Positions 41,115 to 53,900 of a DNA stretch of 64,000 bases are shown piece by piece. Source of the DNA: Eledone cirrhosa (Eukaryota); NCBI GenBank assembly GCA_964016885.1, contig OZ024742.1:280488001-280552000 (forward strand), given 5' to 3'. The position numbers and the translations under genes are program-made. The notes beneath the pieces were generated by a model. The model was not told the DNA's origin. It was given only the letters and a program-made list of their open reading frames with translations, and searched no databases. How positions within the stretch are numbered: the stretch's first letter is position 1; each line of letters opens with the position of its first letter.

Positions 41115-41620
41115 AACTAGCCGACATACCCGGTCTTTCCCCGGCTTTATTAAAACATAACATAATTATCCCCACATTAATTCACTATATGTCGATACTT
41201 TCGAATTAATGGTTTCAAAACGCCAGTCAGTTTGTCTGGGAATGTTAATTTACTCAGTATTCTTGCATAAACCCAGGAACCGGTATAATTTGAGTTTCAT
41301 GAAATGTCTCTTTCACACCAAGAATCAACCCCCCCCCCCCCCCATACATTCCCAAATTATAGTTTCATTTATAAATCTGTGTTATGAATTTTTTGTTTAC
41401 TAACACACTCTAAAAATAATACTGCCTTAATTTACATATTCTCGAAAAAAAAAATTATTTTTCTAGTTCACGTGTTTTTTGCTGTACTTGTGCTAAAAGT
41501 GCATTAAAATTGCACTAAAAGTGAAGATTCTCTGAACCATTATGACAATCTATAGCCTTTTCCTTGAAAGTATTTGATTCCATTCAAAATGTCAGCTATG
41601 TAGGTTCTAAACTGTGTTTC
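41115..41620. mobile_element. Degenerate Helitron/Helentron-like non-autonomous element
   Basis: Starts actagccgacatacccggtctttccccgg, resembling the ACTAG + short hairpin terminus of such elements. Confidence 0.4.
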
Positions 41621-41639
41621 TACATCATGGAACATATAT

Positions 41640-41785
41640 ACGATTAAGGAGTTCGCTCCACATTCGCATGGTTACGGTTTCAGGTCCACTGAGTAGCAAT
41701 TGCAACAAGTGTTTTTCCTATATTCTAAGGTTGAATAAATTCTTATGGTGGACGGAAACTATATGGAAGCCCTTCGAACGTATTT
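41640..41785 (+). mobile_element. Degenerate tRNA-derived SINE
   Basis: ttaaggagttcgct...catggtt...ggtttcaggtccactg...caagtgt...gacggaaact; a related fragment lies near 62283-62340. Confidence 0.5.
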
Positions 41786-43323
41786 ACATGTAATTCATAG
41801 GGGAAGTCTCACCACAATATGGTATGGTGATTTCCCTTGAGAAGTACATTAAGTGTACTCGTGTTGATGGCATGGTCAGCCCCTTCCTGAGTTGTTTCAA
41901 TACGTATTTCGTTTAACTTCATTCAGATTTCCGAACAACTGGATACTCATAAATCGTATCAGTCGTGACGCGAATATACAGCCTGCATTGGCCATAGAAC
42001 TCACCACACATAAGAATGTAAACAGTCTTACAAATCTATGAACAAATCTCCAAAACAAGCTGATAGCATTCTATGTCGCTTTCACCAACTATCATTTAAT
42101 TTTTCAATCAAGTACACGTCTAACTCATGAATTAACGCATAAATAACTGTGTATTCTGTAGAAAAGTGTATCAGTAACATAATTAATTATCAAGCCGAAC
42201 CACCATAACCTCTCATGTGACAAGTTTGTCGTTTTTTGAATTACATGTTTAATCCAGCATGTACTTGAGTATACCATAAACAGAGGTACCATGAACGTTA
42301 TTCCAAAACAATCAATTTGCGACAAGGTTATATCATTCGGTCACAGATACGATTCATTCAATGGACATCTACACAGTTTTCGTCTATCTAATTCCTCAAA
42401 AGGATTGGGTCGACTAACGGCTATGGTAAACTTATTACCGACGATGCCAAACTATGGGATCGAAGTCGAACATTCTTGATTCTGAAGCCAACTTCCAAAT
42501 CAAATACGTGTATGTCGATCATGTGCCTGTTCAGACGAGTGTTCAAATTATGTGAAAAAACGGAACAGTCAGCTCAAGTAATTAACGTCTAGTGGTAGAA
42601 TATACCACAGCCCTATGTACGCTTAACCTGGTTCTCATGGTAATTTAACGCGACACAATTTGAGACATGACTGGGTCTTTGAATCAAATCTACCACTAAT
42701 GTTTGAAATCCGAGAAATGTATCAGCACCGCAAAGAATCGAACCAATGATATTACGATAGTGAGCTGAACACGCTAAACACTTAACCACATGCATACACT
42801 GAAGTACTAAATAAACTGTTTGACAAAAGTAAACATTAGATGGTCATGACTGGAGTCACTTTGACGAGAAGTTTACTTCATCAAATATTAAAGTTTTAAA
42901 GTTAACAAGAAAATTGGAAGAAAACTCATAATATAGAGCATTCTCAATCCGGAATTTTCAATATAGTTGCGACTTAACATTTTAGTATTGTGAATATGAA
43001 ATGCTACTTGGGAATTATCCACAAATGGTAAAATAATTTTAGAAGTAGAATATGAAAAAATATAATATGTATAACGCAATTTAAAACCACCTGCAGTGCC
43101 GTATATGTAAACTGCTTGCTTAAAAAGATTTTCTTTTCTGTTTTGCATTCATTTATCATGTATATATTTATTGTCTGTGTCACACTCAAACGTATGCATA
43201 TTTACACTCACATTTAAGTATATATCAATGCCCATGTACATGCACACATACACATACACACACATACACACACACTCACTCACTCACACACATACATTCA
43301 CACACACACACACACACGCCCAG

Positions 43324-43355
<32 letters not shown>

Positions 43356-43692
43356 GTGAGACTGTGTATATGTGGATGTGTGAGCTCGCATGCGTGTGTA
43401 AATATAGATACATACATACACATATATATATATATATGTATGTATGTATATTTATATATATATATATATAATGTATATAATATATATGTATGTATATTTA
43501 TATATATATGTATGTATATGTATGTATATATATGTACATACATATATATATACATATATATATATAAATATACACTTATATAAGTATATACATATATACA
43601 TACATATATATATCTATATATATATCTATATATATATATGTGTCTATATATATATAAGTATATATATATATACTTATATAAGTGTATATATA

Positions 43693-43810
<118 letters not shown>

Positions 43811-43896
43811 CATACACTTATATAAGTATATATATATATACTTATATATATATAGACACACATATATATATATAGATATATATATATATATGTATG

Positions 43897-44080
<184 letters not shown>

Positions 44081-44330
44081 CATACGGATATATGAGATCG
44101 TAGTTCACTATATTTCTGTATTTCTTACTTCTAGTAATTTTTTTCTGTCACTCTCCTATAAATACCTCAATATATTCCATTTGCTTCGTTGCTCCTTTGA
44201 CAATATTTTTCTCATTGCCAATCTTTTATTTTCAATTTCCTATCTATCCATAAATCTAGACTTATTTCATACTATATATATTCATCCAGTCAGTATATAA
44301 ATATATATATATGTATATATGTATATATAT

Positions 44331-44526
44331 AACGAAGAAGTTGTGATAAGGAACCAGATGGACCATAACGCACCAGAGTACTCAATACTTAGGGTAGTAG
44401 AGTGGGTAATAGGAAATTGTATGACCCCGACGGCAGAGCTCAAGCCGTTTCGACGTCTATTTCTGCACTAAATTAGTCCAGAAATAGCCGTCGAAACGGC
44501 TTGAGCTCTGCCGTCGGGGTCATACA
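44331..44526. repeat. Fold-back palindrome (44418-44526) built from the 3' half of a hammerhead, plus tail to (TA)n
   Basis: Near-perfect hairpin of about 48 bp; each arm has stem II-GAAA-CGGC-loop-GCCG-UC-GGGGUC. Confidence 0.75.
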
Positions 44527-44531
44527 TTTTC

Positions 44532-44563
<32 letters not shown>

Positions 44564-44570
44564 GTATATA

Positions 44571-44713
44571 TATTAAAATAACAGATTAAAGTTTAAGCAA
44601 AGATTTTCTGCTTTCACCTTTAATGGGAACTTCTGAAACTATTAGTTTCAGAAGATCCCGTTAATGTTGAAAGCAGCGATTCTTTGCTTAAACTTTAATC
44701 TGTTATTTTAATA
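44571..44713. repeat. Fold-back palindrome with CAGAAGA-core hammerhead-like arms
   Basis: Arms of about 70 bp: GUUU CAGAAGA U CCC... GAAA GCA...UGC UU AAAC. A single-arm copy lies at 54052-54116 (-). Confidence 0.7.
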
Positions 44714-44801
44714 AATATTTGCGCTACGGTTCTTATATATTTGATATATATTTATCCTTATCGAGCCGTCTTTGGATTTTAGTCTTCAAATGTATTATTG
44801 T

Positions 44802-44835
<34 letters not shown>

Positions 44836-44839
44836 GTGC

Positions 44840-44898
<59 letters not shown>

Positions 44899-45389
44899 GT
44901 GTGTGTGAGAGGAAGAGAGAGAGTGAAAATATGTCTAAGAGACATATGTATATGTGTATACATATATTTGTGTGTGTGTTTGTGTTTATGTACGTGTGTG
45001 ATGGTGTGTGGTGTGTGTGTGCGTGTGTGTGTCTGTGTGTGTGTGTGCGTGGGTGTGTGTGTTAGGTACATGTCCCCCCCCCTCTCCTTTGTTCTTCCAC
45101 TTTCATTCGTTTCTTTAGTTTAATGTTTTTGAAGTTTCATCTCTAGCCACATATATATTTGATGTCTATCTAAATCTCTCTCTTTCTACGCCTGCCTCTG
45201 GACATGGATACACACCCACAAACAATCACACATACTCACACACAAGCACCACACACATACACACACACCCACGCACACATACACACATTAAACAATGAAC
45301 TAAGTCGCTAGCTATCTTTTCAAGTCATTAGGAATAGCAGCACGATGTCTAAATCGCCGACCCTGAAAAGGCACACAACCACTGCAGTA

Positions 45390-45585
45390 ACAGAAAGCTT
45401 TCGGTTTCATAGTACAGCCCAACCTACAATGCTAGGTTGTTCTTTGGACTGATCCATCGGCACCTATCCATACAATGCTGTTAACACTAAATTTTCAGCA
45501 AGAACACCGTGAATCTGCTGTACTCAACTATGCCTAATATCGCACAGAGCATCACTGCATCCAATAGATCCAAGCTCAACACACA
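45390..45585 (+). mobile_element. Degenerate PLE fragment
   Basis: ARLFFGLIHRH and FSKNTVNLLYSTMPNIAQSITASNRSKL match the PLE thumb/linker region seen at 59058-59354. Confidence 0.55.
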
Positions 45586-45873
45586 CACATTCTTGGTCGC
45601 AAAAACTCGACTATAGTACAAAACTGAAACTGCCACAACAGTAATGGGTACCCATTTGATTCCACTGCCCTTCTCAAAATGTAATATAAAAGTGTGAAGT
45701 CACATCCAAAGTGCAGGAGAAGGCTCACATTCGCATGATAGCGAACTCAGTCGAATAGAATCATTTGCGGTATTTGAACCCTGAGTTCAAATACCACCGA
45801 GATAAACTTTACTAGTCTCCTTTCGAGGTCAAAAGATGTTCAGTACTGGGGTCACTTCTTTCTCTCTCAAACT

Positions 45874-46018
<145 letters not shown>

Positions 46019-47566
46019 GTTTAAGTTCCTAGACATTCCGTATATTGATATTATGACAATCCTACTACTCCAGAGGTTATTAAGGACCCATGCATGCATG
46101 CATTAGATATGTTAATACTAAAGCTCAAGTATTGTCTTGTTTCATTCCTATGACGTCTTTGTGTTATTTATTATCTAAACTTATTTCATATTTAATGGTT
46201 GACATTTACAGTTTAACTTAAGCTATCACATCGCAGAAAACTGTTACTAGGTTGCGCACTTATATTAACTTTAATATTTCCTCTTAGTCATAAAATGCTT
46301 ACCGGATGCTTGTCATATACACATAATACAAATTGACACTTTACCTTTATACGAGATCGTTTTTTAAAATGCTTTTGTCGCTTATCGATATATTCTATTT
46401 TTTTTCTTAAAATTTATTGATATTTTAAAATTTAATCAAATAACAATACCAGAATCCGACTGGAAAATATCATAGAGCATTGAATACACCCCCCCCCCCC
46501 CCACACACACACACATACACACACACACACACACACACGTATATGCATATAATGCAGATATTAAGTAAAATGTTAATAAAATTGCTAACAGAAACGTGTA
46601 AAAGAAACAACGAATTTGAAATAAAAGTAACAAAGACAATTGAATAAAGAGTTTCAAATTCTAATCTCTATACATATACCAACAAGACAGATAGCTAAAT
46701 GAAATAATAAAACGAGAAATTGAAACAAGAGAATGCGGGAATAAAAATTAGAGGAGAGAAATGACGAATGGTGAAAGAGACGGAGAGAGTGAGAAAGAGA
46801 TAGGCGAAAAAATAATATACAAAGATAATCAAATCTCGTTTGTCGTGACAAGACTTCTTGCCGTCATTCAAAAAAGCCACACGTAAACAATACTTGATGG
46901 CCGCCATTTTAAATCGCCTCGTACAAGAATGTAAAAGCACGCATACAATCCAAACATCGCATGCATGTAATTACTCACATTATGTCATCACATCACAGAA
47001 ATATAAACACACACATACAGACGACACCTCATATAAATCCAACAGTACTCAGAAGGAGACAAAAGAACGGACGTTTAAAAGGGACCTGAGGGCCCGTTAA
47101 GCTATTTTGCTTGCTCTTCTTAATTTTTTCTTCCTCGTGCAGAAAATAGTTGATAATCAATATATATTTATTATACAAATGCGAAATAAATTGAATGGTA
47201 ATATTTGGTGTTCATAATGTAGCCATGAATTCGCTATAATTTTTAATTTTCTGTTTTAATTAAATTGGAAGATCTATTAAATACTAGCCGTTCGAATACA
47301 TTCTTGAGGCCAGCTTTAATTATATACAGAAAATATCATACTAATGAGGGACACGTCTATAAGGTAAAAGCATATGCTAGATATAGCATCCAAGCATTTT
47401 ATTTAAATCTAAACCTAACGTCTTGAAAAAACATTTTTCATAAAAGCAGATTAGACATCGTATACACAAACACACACACACACCTACACACAGAGACATA
47501 CACACATATACACACCCTCTCTCTCTCTCACACACACTCAGAAACACACCACACACAGACACACAC

Positions 47567-47662
<96 letters not shown>

Positions 47663-47794
47663 ATATATATATATATATATGTTTAACACCGACGGCAGAG
47701 CTCAAGCCGTTTCGACGGCTATTTCTGGCCTAAATTAGAATTTCGCTGGTATATATTTATGTATGCATATATATATATATATATATATACATAC

Positions 47795-47858
<64 letters not shown>

Positions 47859-47880
47859 TATATTTATGTATATATATATG

Positions 47881-47986
<106 letters not shown>

Positions 47987-48097
47987 TATAGATATACATA
48001 TATATATATGTATGTATGTATTTATATATATATATGCATACATATATATATATATGCATACATATATATATATATGCATACATATATATATATACAT

Positions 48098-48152
<55 letters not shown>

Positions 48153-48257
48153 TAAATCATGTCCTTTGAATTATTAGATAAAATATATACCATTTCCTCT
48201 CCCAATTAGCATTATTAACCATATAAAAAATCAATTAGACCAGGCTATAAGAATAAA

Positions 48258-48312
48258 GGCTCCCCTGAAGAAATATTTGATAAATAACTGAAAGCGGCCT
48301 CTTCGCGGTGAC
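48258..48312 (+). ncRNA. Degenerate hammerhead-like motif between (TA)n tracts
   Basis: CUGAAGA AAUAUUU-GAU-AAAUAACU GAAA GCG...CGC; cleavage triplet not canonical. Confidence 0.35.
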
Positions 48313-48411
48313 CTCAATCGAGTATTTACCCAACATTTCTAAAAGCATGTAGAAAGTGACTAAATATACCGTGAACCATACACAATGAGGTGTAAATTCA
48401 AACTTAGAAGA

Positions 48412-48504
<93 letters not shown>

Positions 48505-49105
48505 GTACTTTATGTAAACATGAAAATCTTAGGCACTATTCCAGCGAAATAATTAATATGCGAGTTCGGTGTCATCCGTTATCCCATGTAAGAACAGAAA
48601 TCCAGTCTAGGTATAAATCTTTTTGACAACAGTAAAAGCGCATCATGAAATAGAGAAGTTAAGTGAATAAGAGACACCATTGTGTAGATAGGTTGGAATA
48701 ACAATACAGATTGGACATAACAGTGGGGAACTGATGGATGAGCAAATCGTTATAAAAAGAGGTGGATGTTGGGTGGGAGCACTCATTGTCTTTTGGCTTA
48801 TGGAAGAGAATATTTATACACTACATTTTTTGTTTTCCCATCAGGATTACCAACTCGAGAACAACCAACGTCATCAGAAATGAGTTCCTATTGTATTGAC
48901 GAAAGATAAATCTGACTTAATCACGAAAATTGACACAAATAACCGAAATTTGTTAATGTCACCAAAGGCCCCAATATCGATTTTTGAAAGACTGTGTAGA
49001 GCATGTACAGATTTTGTGCAAGGAGAAGCTCTGTAAAAAAATTCAAAGAAATCGCATGAATGGATTAGAATATACGAGCCCTCATTAAAAAGTGTCCACA
49101 CACAG

Positions 49106-49151
<46 letters not shown>

Positions 49152-49175
49152 AAAACTTCATCTTTATATATATAC

Positions 49176-49257
<82 letters not shown>

Positions 49258-49349
49258 GTATATGTAAAAGGTAAACAGAAATAACAACACAATCCGTATA
49301 GTATATGGAAGGTATATATTCGGTTAACGCTTGATATAGCAGGAAGAGG

Positions 49350-49386
49350 GCTTAACGTTTCGGACGCTAGTCCTTCATCAGAAGAA
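49350..49386 (-). ncRNA. Minimal type I hammerhead ribozyme (PLE-type)
   Basis: Minus strand reads CUU CUGAUGA A GGAC-UAGC-GUCC GAAA CG UU AAG: canonical core, 4-bp stem II, palindromic AACGUU stem III, stem I CUU/AAG. Confidence 0.75.
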
Positions 49387-49538
49387 AGAATGAGAAATAA
49401 AATAGATTGAGGGGACGGGCGGCATGCAATTGGACATGTATGTATGTATGGTGAGCAGATCGGGATTGAGTCGGGTTATATAACACTTATATAGAACCTG
49501 AGTCACTCACCGCTTCAAAAGAAGAAATGCCGGCTTCG

Positions 49539-49670
<132 letters not shown>

Positions 49671-49720
49671 AATATATGTGTGTATGAGTATATATATATA
49701 TAAATATATGTGTGTATGTG

Positions 49721-49786
<66 letters not shown>

Positions 49787-49812
49787 ATGTATATATATAT
49801 ATATATATATAT

Positions 49813-50720
49813 ATTTCTTTAAGTTTGTTGGTTCACCACTGGATAGAACTAGTCATTCCGTATGGTCAAACCTGGTGTAATATTGTGAAGAGTACTCAAC
49901 GCAGTGCAGTTCACCTATCTTCGTTTGTGTAGTTGGTGGTGCGAATACGGAGTTAATTATAAATGTAATAAAATAACAGGAGGCTGGACTGGTGTAAATC
50001 CTTGAAAGGTTTATTATACTATGATCATTTCAATGACCGGGTTCCATATGAATCCGGTGATATCATCAGGTATTGGAATATAACAAAGGAATATGTAAAA
50101 AACCATGGGTCCGAAAAATCAGAGACAGAGAGAACGACTGACCAACTAGCTTCTCGGCCAATCGCCCTCAAAGTGTTGGCAACTGAAGCTACTAATGAAT
50201 ATCTGGTGAGGGAGCGAAAGCTTATAATGCACTACCACCACTCCGTCAAAGAAGAAGGGGGAGAAAGAAAGCATGAATGTAGTATGATCCTTACACTACA
50301 CTTCTTTCTCCCTTTGTTTCTTTCTTCCCCTTCTTCTTTGACGGAGTGGTGGTAGTGCATTATAAGCCTTCGCCCCCTCACCAGATATTCATTAGTAGCT
50401 TCAGTTGCCAACACTTTGAGGGCGACTGGCCGAGAAGCTAGTTGGTCAGTCGTGCTCTCTGATTTTTCGGACCCATGGTTTTTTACATATTCCTTTGTTA
50501 TATTCCTTTCAAGGATTATAAACCTTTCAAGGATTTACACCAGTCCAGCCTCCTGTTTTTTTTATTTCATTTATAATTAACTCCGTATTCGCACCACCAA
50601 CTACACAAACGAAGATGGGTGAACTGCACTGCGTCGAGTACTCTTCACAATATTACACCAGGATTGACCATACGGAATGACCAGTTCTATCCAGTGGTGA
50701 ATCAACAAACTTAAAGAAAT
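49813..50720. repeat. About 900-bp imperfect palindrome of a hammerhead-bearing repeat, adjacent to (TA)n
   Basis: 49813-50270 is the reverse complement of 50320-50720, apart from a deletion removing the HHR in the right arm. Third copy at 52138-52487. Confidence 0.9.
50016..50073 (-). ncRNA. Type I hammerhead ribozyme
   Basis: Identical core to 52387-52444 on the opposite strand. Confidence 0.7.
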
Positions 50721-52137
50721 AATGCTCCTATAATGTTGAGCACTTCAAAATGTAATATTGAACAGCGGCACTGACTTCAGTGTACAGCTTTTGCCAGCAT
50801 GGGATTAACTGATCTACTTACCATTCGGATTTTGGCTGCTCTGCGCCTTATCTACCGCCACCTGATACTACTTCCTTGTCGGGATGATTCCTATTCCGAC
50901 AAAACTCTACGTATTATACTAAAATATGTATTGTATTGACTGAATTCTCTACTCTATACTTCAGGACTTTTTGTGACTCGCACTGAGTTCGGAGACCCGA
51001 ACTTTACACTTTGGTACAACCTGTTACCATTCCATCTCCCCCATCCTCTATATCTATATTTATATGTACAACTTGTATTATCTTACTACAACTTGATCTA
51101 TATTGATTCTTATTTACCTTTATTAACTTTTTTATTATTTCAATAATGTATATTTTTTTTATTATTTTATTATTCTATTATTTTTTATTATTTTATTAAC
51201 GTATTTTTATCAATTTATTCTATCTTTATATTGGTATTTTACCTATGCATGCTGCTTTTATTATTTGTTTGTAACTTTTCCTCACTCAGGTCATTATTGA
51301 CCTTTCATAGCCCCCTACACACCTAAGGACCACATTACTTATAACCCGAACTAACTGGGACTTTAAAATAATTTTGGTCTATTTGCACTTTTCATTCACT
51401 TCGACTTGTATGGTGGCTTTTTCCCGGCTGCGCGCTGGGCACTCGGAAAGTTCAGCCTTCCTTGAGTGCTCGGAAAAATAAATTTCTCCTCTTTCGGTAA
51501 ACGAAATTACTCGGAGCGGAAGCCTTTGCCCCGGTCCCACCGCGCCGCCTGTTTTGGCTGCCACATTATACTTGTACCTACAAACTTCATGTTTAGGCAT
51601 AATTATTAGCTGTATCATGCCTCTACTGGCACGCAAATAAACCCCTCATGTAGGATTTAATAGTATTCGTTTGGTATAGACGATGGCCTGTCGAAATTGT
51701 GGAGTTCCCGCTAGCGCTCCCAGAGCCTAAGGTGGCTACGTTCCTAGAGTACTCCGAAAAATTAATTTCCATTTCTTTCGCTGGACGATACCACACGAGA
51801 CTGGCTGACTCACGGAGGGGGGGGGGGGGCTGGCTGGGACTCCCAATCGAAATCTTTACTCTATATCCCATCCTAATATCTTATCGAGATAATTTTTTTC
51901 ATATAAGACTCTCACCTTAAGTTCATTAAATAAATAAATCTCGCTACCTTAACCTTTAATTCTCTAATAATTTATTTTTCAATTTATCATCTTGCAATTT
52001 AATATTTTTTATTTAATTTAATTTCATCCTATAACTCGCAACATAAGTTTAACGTTCCAATCTTCGGTTTACGCATTAGACCATACAGACACCCATTATA
52101 TATTCTTTGGGGTAGCATTTTTTCGCGGCATTTTCTA

Positions 52138-52487
52138 GCATGAATGTAGTATGACCCTTACACTACACTTCATTCTCCCTTTCTTTCTTTCTTCCCCTTC
52201 TTTTTTGACGGAGTGGTGGTAGTGCATTATAAGCTTTCGCCCTCTCACCAGATATTCATTAGTAGCTTCAGTTGCCAACACTTTGAGGGCGACTGGCCGG
52301 GAAGCTAGTTGGTCAGTCGTGCTCTCTGTCTCTATCTGTGATTTTTCGGACACATGGTTTTTTACATATTCCTTTGTTATATTCCAATACCTGATGATAT
52401 CACCGGATTCATATGGAACCCGGTCATTGAAATGATCATAGTATAACAAACCTTTCAAGGATTTACACCAGTCTAGCCTCCTGTTAT
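52138..52487. repeat. Third copy of the hammerhead-bearing repeat (direct repeat of about 50270-50557)
   Basis: Sequence identity is visible by eye; retains the HHR. Confidence 0.9.
52387..52444 (+). ncRNA. Type I hammerhead ribozyme
   Basis: AUAC CUGAUGA UAUCACCGG...CCGGUCAUU GAAA UGAUCA UA GUAU: stem I AUAC/GUAU, extended stem II, palindromic stem III AUGAUCAU, AUA cleavage triplet. Confidence 0.72.
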
Positions 52488-53169
52488 CTTCCAGGGAATA
52501 TCTAACACTTATAACAATAGAGAATCATTTGAGTATCTAAATTATTTATAAATGTAATTACGAGTATGTTATTACACTAGATAAACATATTTGTACAACT
52601 ATATAGAGATATTATTATAGGTATTAATTAAACGGTATACATTTAATAAATAAATAATTATAATCATTATTAGTAATGCTATAATTGTAGTTTTACCTCC
52701 AGTTCAGTGGAGAGAGAGACAAATATTTGTCGACTATTATGGTTTGGTATATTTATACCTAGATATATATAAAGATAAATAAGTGCAAATCTAACTTTCT
52801 GAGTCCCCCAAACATACTCAAAATGAGTAAAATATGCAAACGTATGAATGATCTACAGTTCAATTATAACCGGTAAATTTACAAGTTAAATATTCAAATT
52901 ATATATTTAAAACAAAGACAGATACATAAAGATCCGAATCAAAATTATAAATATCTAAAATAATTCTAAGGTGTGCATATTTATCAAATAAACAAGTTAC
53001 CAAATAATATGTTTATATATCTAAAGAGGATCCTTCATTCTAACATTAATTCTATCATAAATGATTAGAAGATAAAGCATTATTAAAGTTTTATAAACTG
53101 CTATGACTTTTTAGGTCCAACAATTGATAAGAGACGTCAAAAGTTAAGGCCTGTTTGTTTAGTGTTTTT

Positions 53170-53765
53170 TCCTGACCTTTTGCGAGGCTTGGAATGTAGA
53201 GAAAGCTTTATGAAGGCAGTTTGAGAATAATTCACTTTTTTTGTTAATTAAGTTTTCATAATTAGTAATTATTAATAGGGTCTCCTTTGTGCAGAGGTTG
53301 CAGTTAGTTGATATAGACGAGTTCATGTATATTTTAATATTACAAAGCCTCGTCCAAAAAATCGAGTATTTTAAATGTTTGTCTTTTAATGACCATATAA
53401 GTTGTGATAAAGAATCGAAGACTTCCTATAAATTCGAAAATGAGCATTTGTGATTCGCAAATCTCGATTTAAATGTCGAAGAAGTTACCCCTATGTAGTT
53501 GTATGTGTTGTCATTTGTTTTTACGGTGCATTTATACACCAGATTGCTATCCAGACAATTATTTTGCAGAGGGCAATCTGGTTTATTTCTACAATTACAT
53601 TTCGATTTATTATTATTTATATTAACACTATTATTAATAGCATTATGCTGATTTTGGTTTAGAATTATACTATTTAGTTTAGCGATGTTTTGGGTCATAT
53701 TAATAGTTGTAGAATAAGAAAGTTTAATTATGTGTCTATTAAGTATGGAGTGGTATTTATGTTGA
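53170..53765 (-). mobile_element. PLE fragment (Naiad-like; GIY-YIG)
   Basis: CNCRNKPDCPLQNNC, LVYKC...YIGVTSSTFKSRFANH, LSQLIWSLK, CNLCTKE, LINKKSE...CLH. Confidence 0.85.
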
Positions 53766-53819
53766 ATAGATTAGCTAGTGGTGTTCTTACTGCTACAGAA
53801 GCAGGGGGGGGGGGACAAA

Positions 53820-53900
53820 CCATATAACTGATGAGGATGTACTGTTGAACTTAACACATTACCTCTGAAATATGTATAATAACATATACTTGATCACAAG
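53820..53900 (+). ncRNA. Candidate hammerhead-like motif with long stem II
   Basis: CUGAUGA GG...CCUCU GAAA UAUGU-AUAAUA-ACAUA UA; stem I is not evident. Confidence 0.5.

Noticed and set aside
50002-50355. 117-aa ORF repeated at 52135-52458
   Set aside because: Non-ATG start, no recognisable domain, overlaps ribozyme motifs, and is duplicated only because the repeat is duplicated.
52138-52176. SECIS-like hairpin on the minus strand (AUGAA...AA loop), prompted by selenoprotein-coding Naiad PLEs
   Set aside because: The 3' side reads UCAU rather than UGAN, the helix is short, and I saw no UGA at Cys positions in the nearby GIY-YIG fragments.
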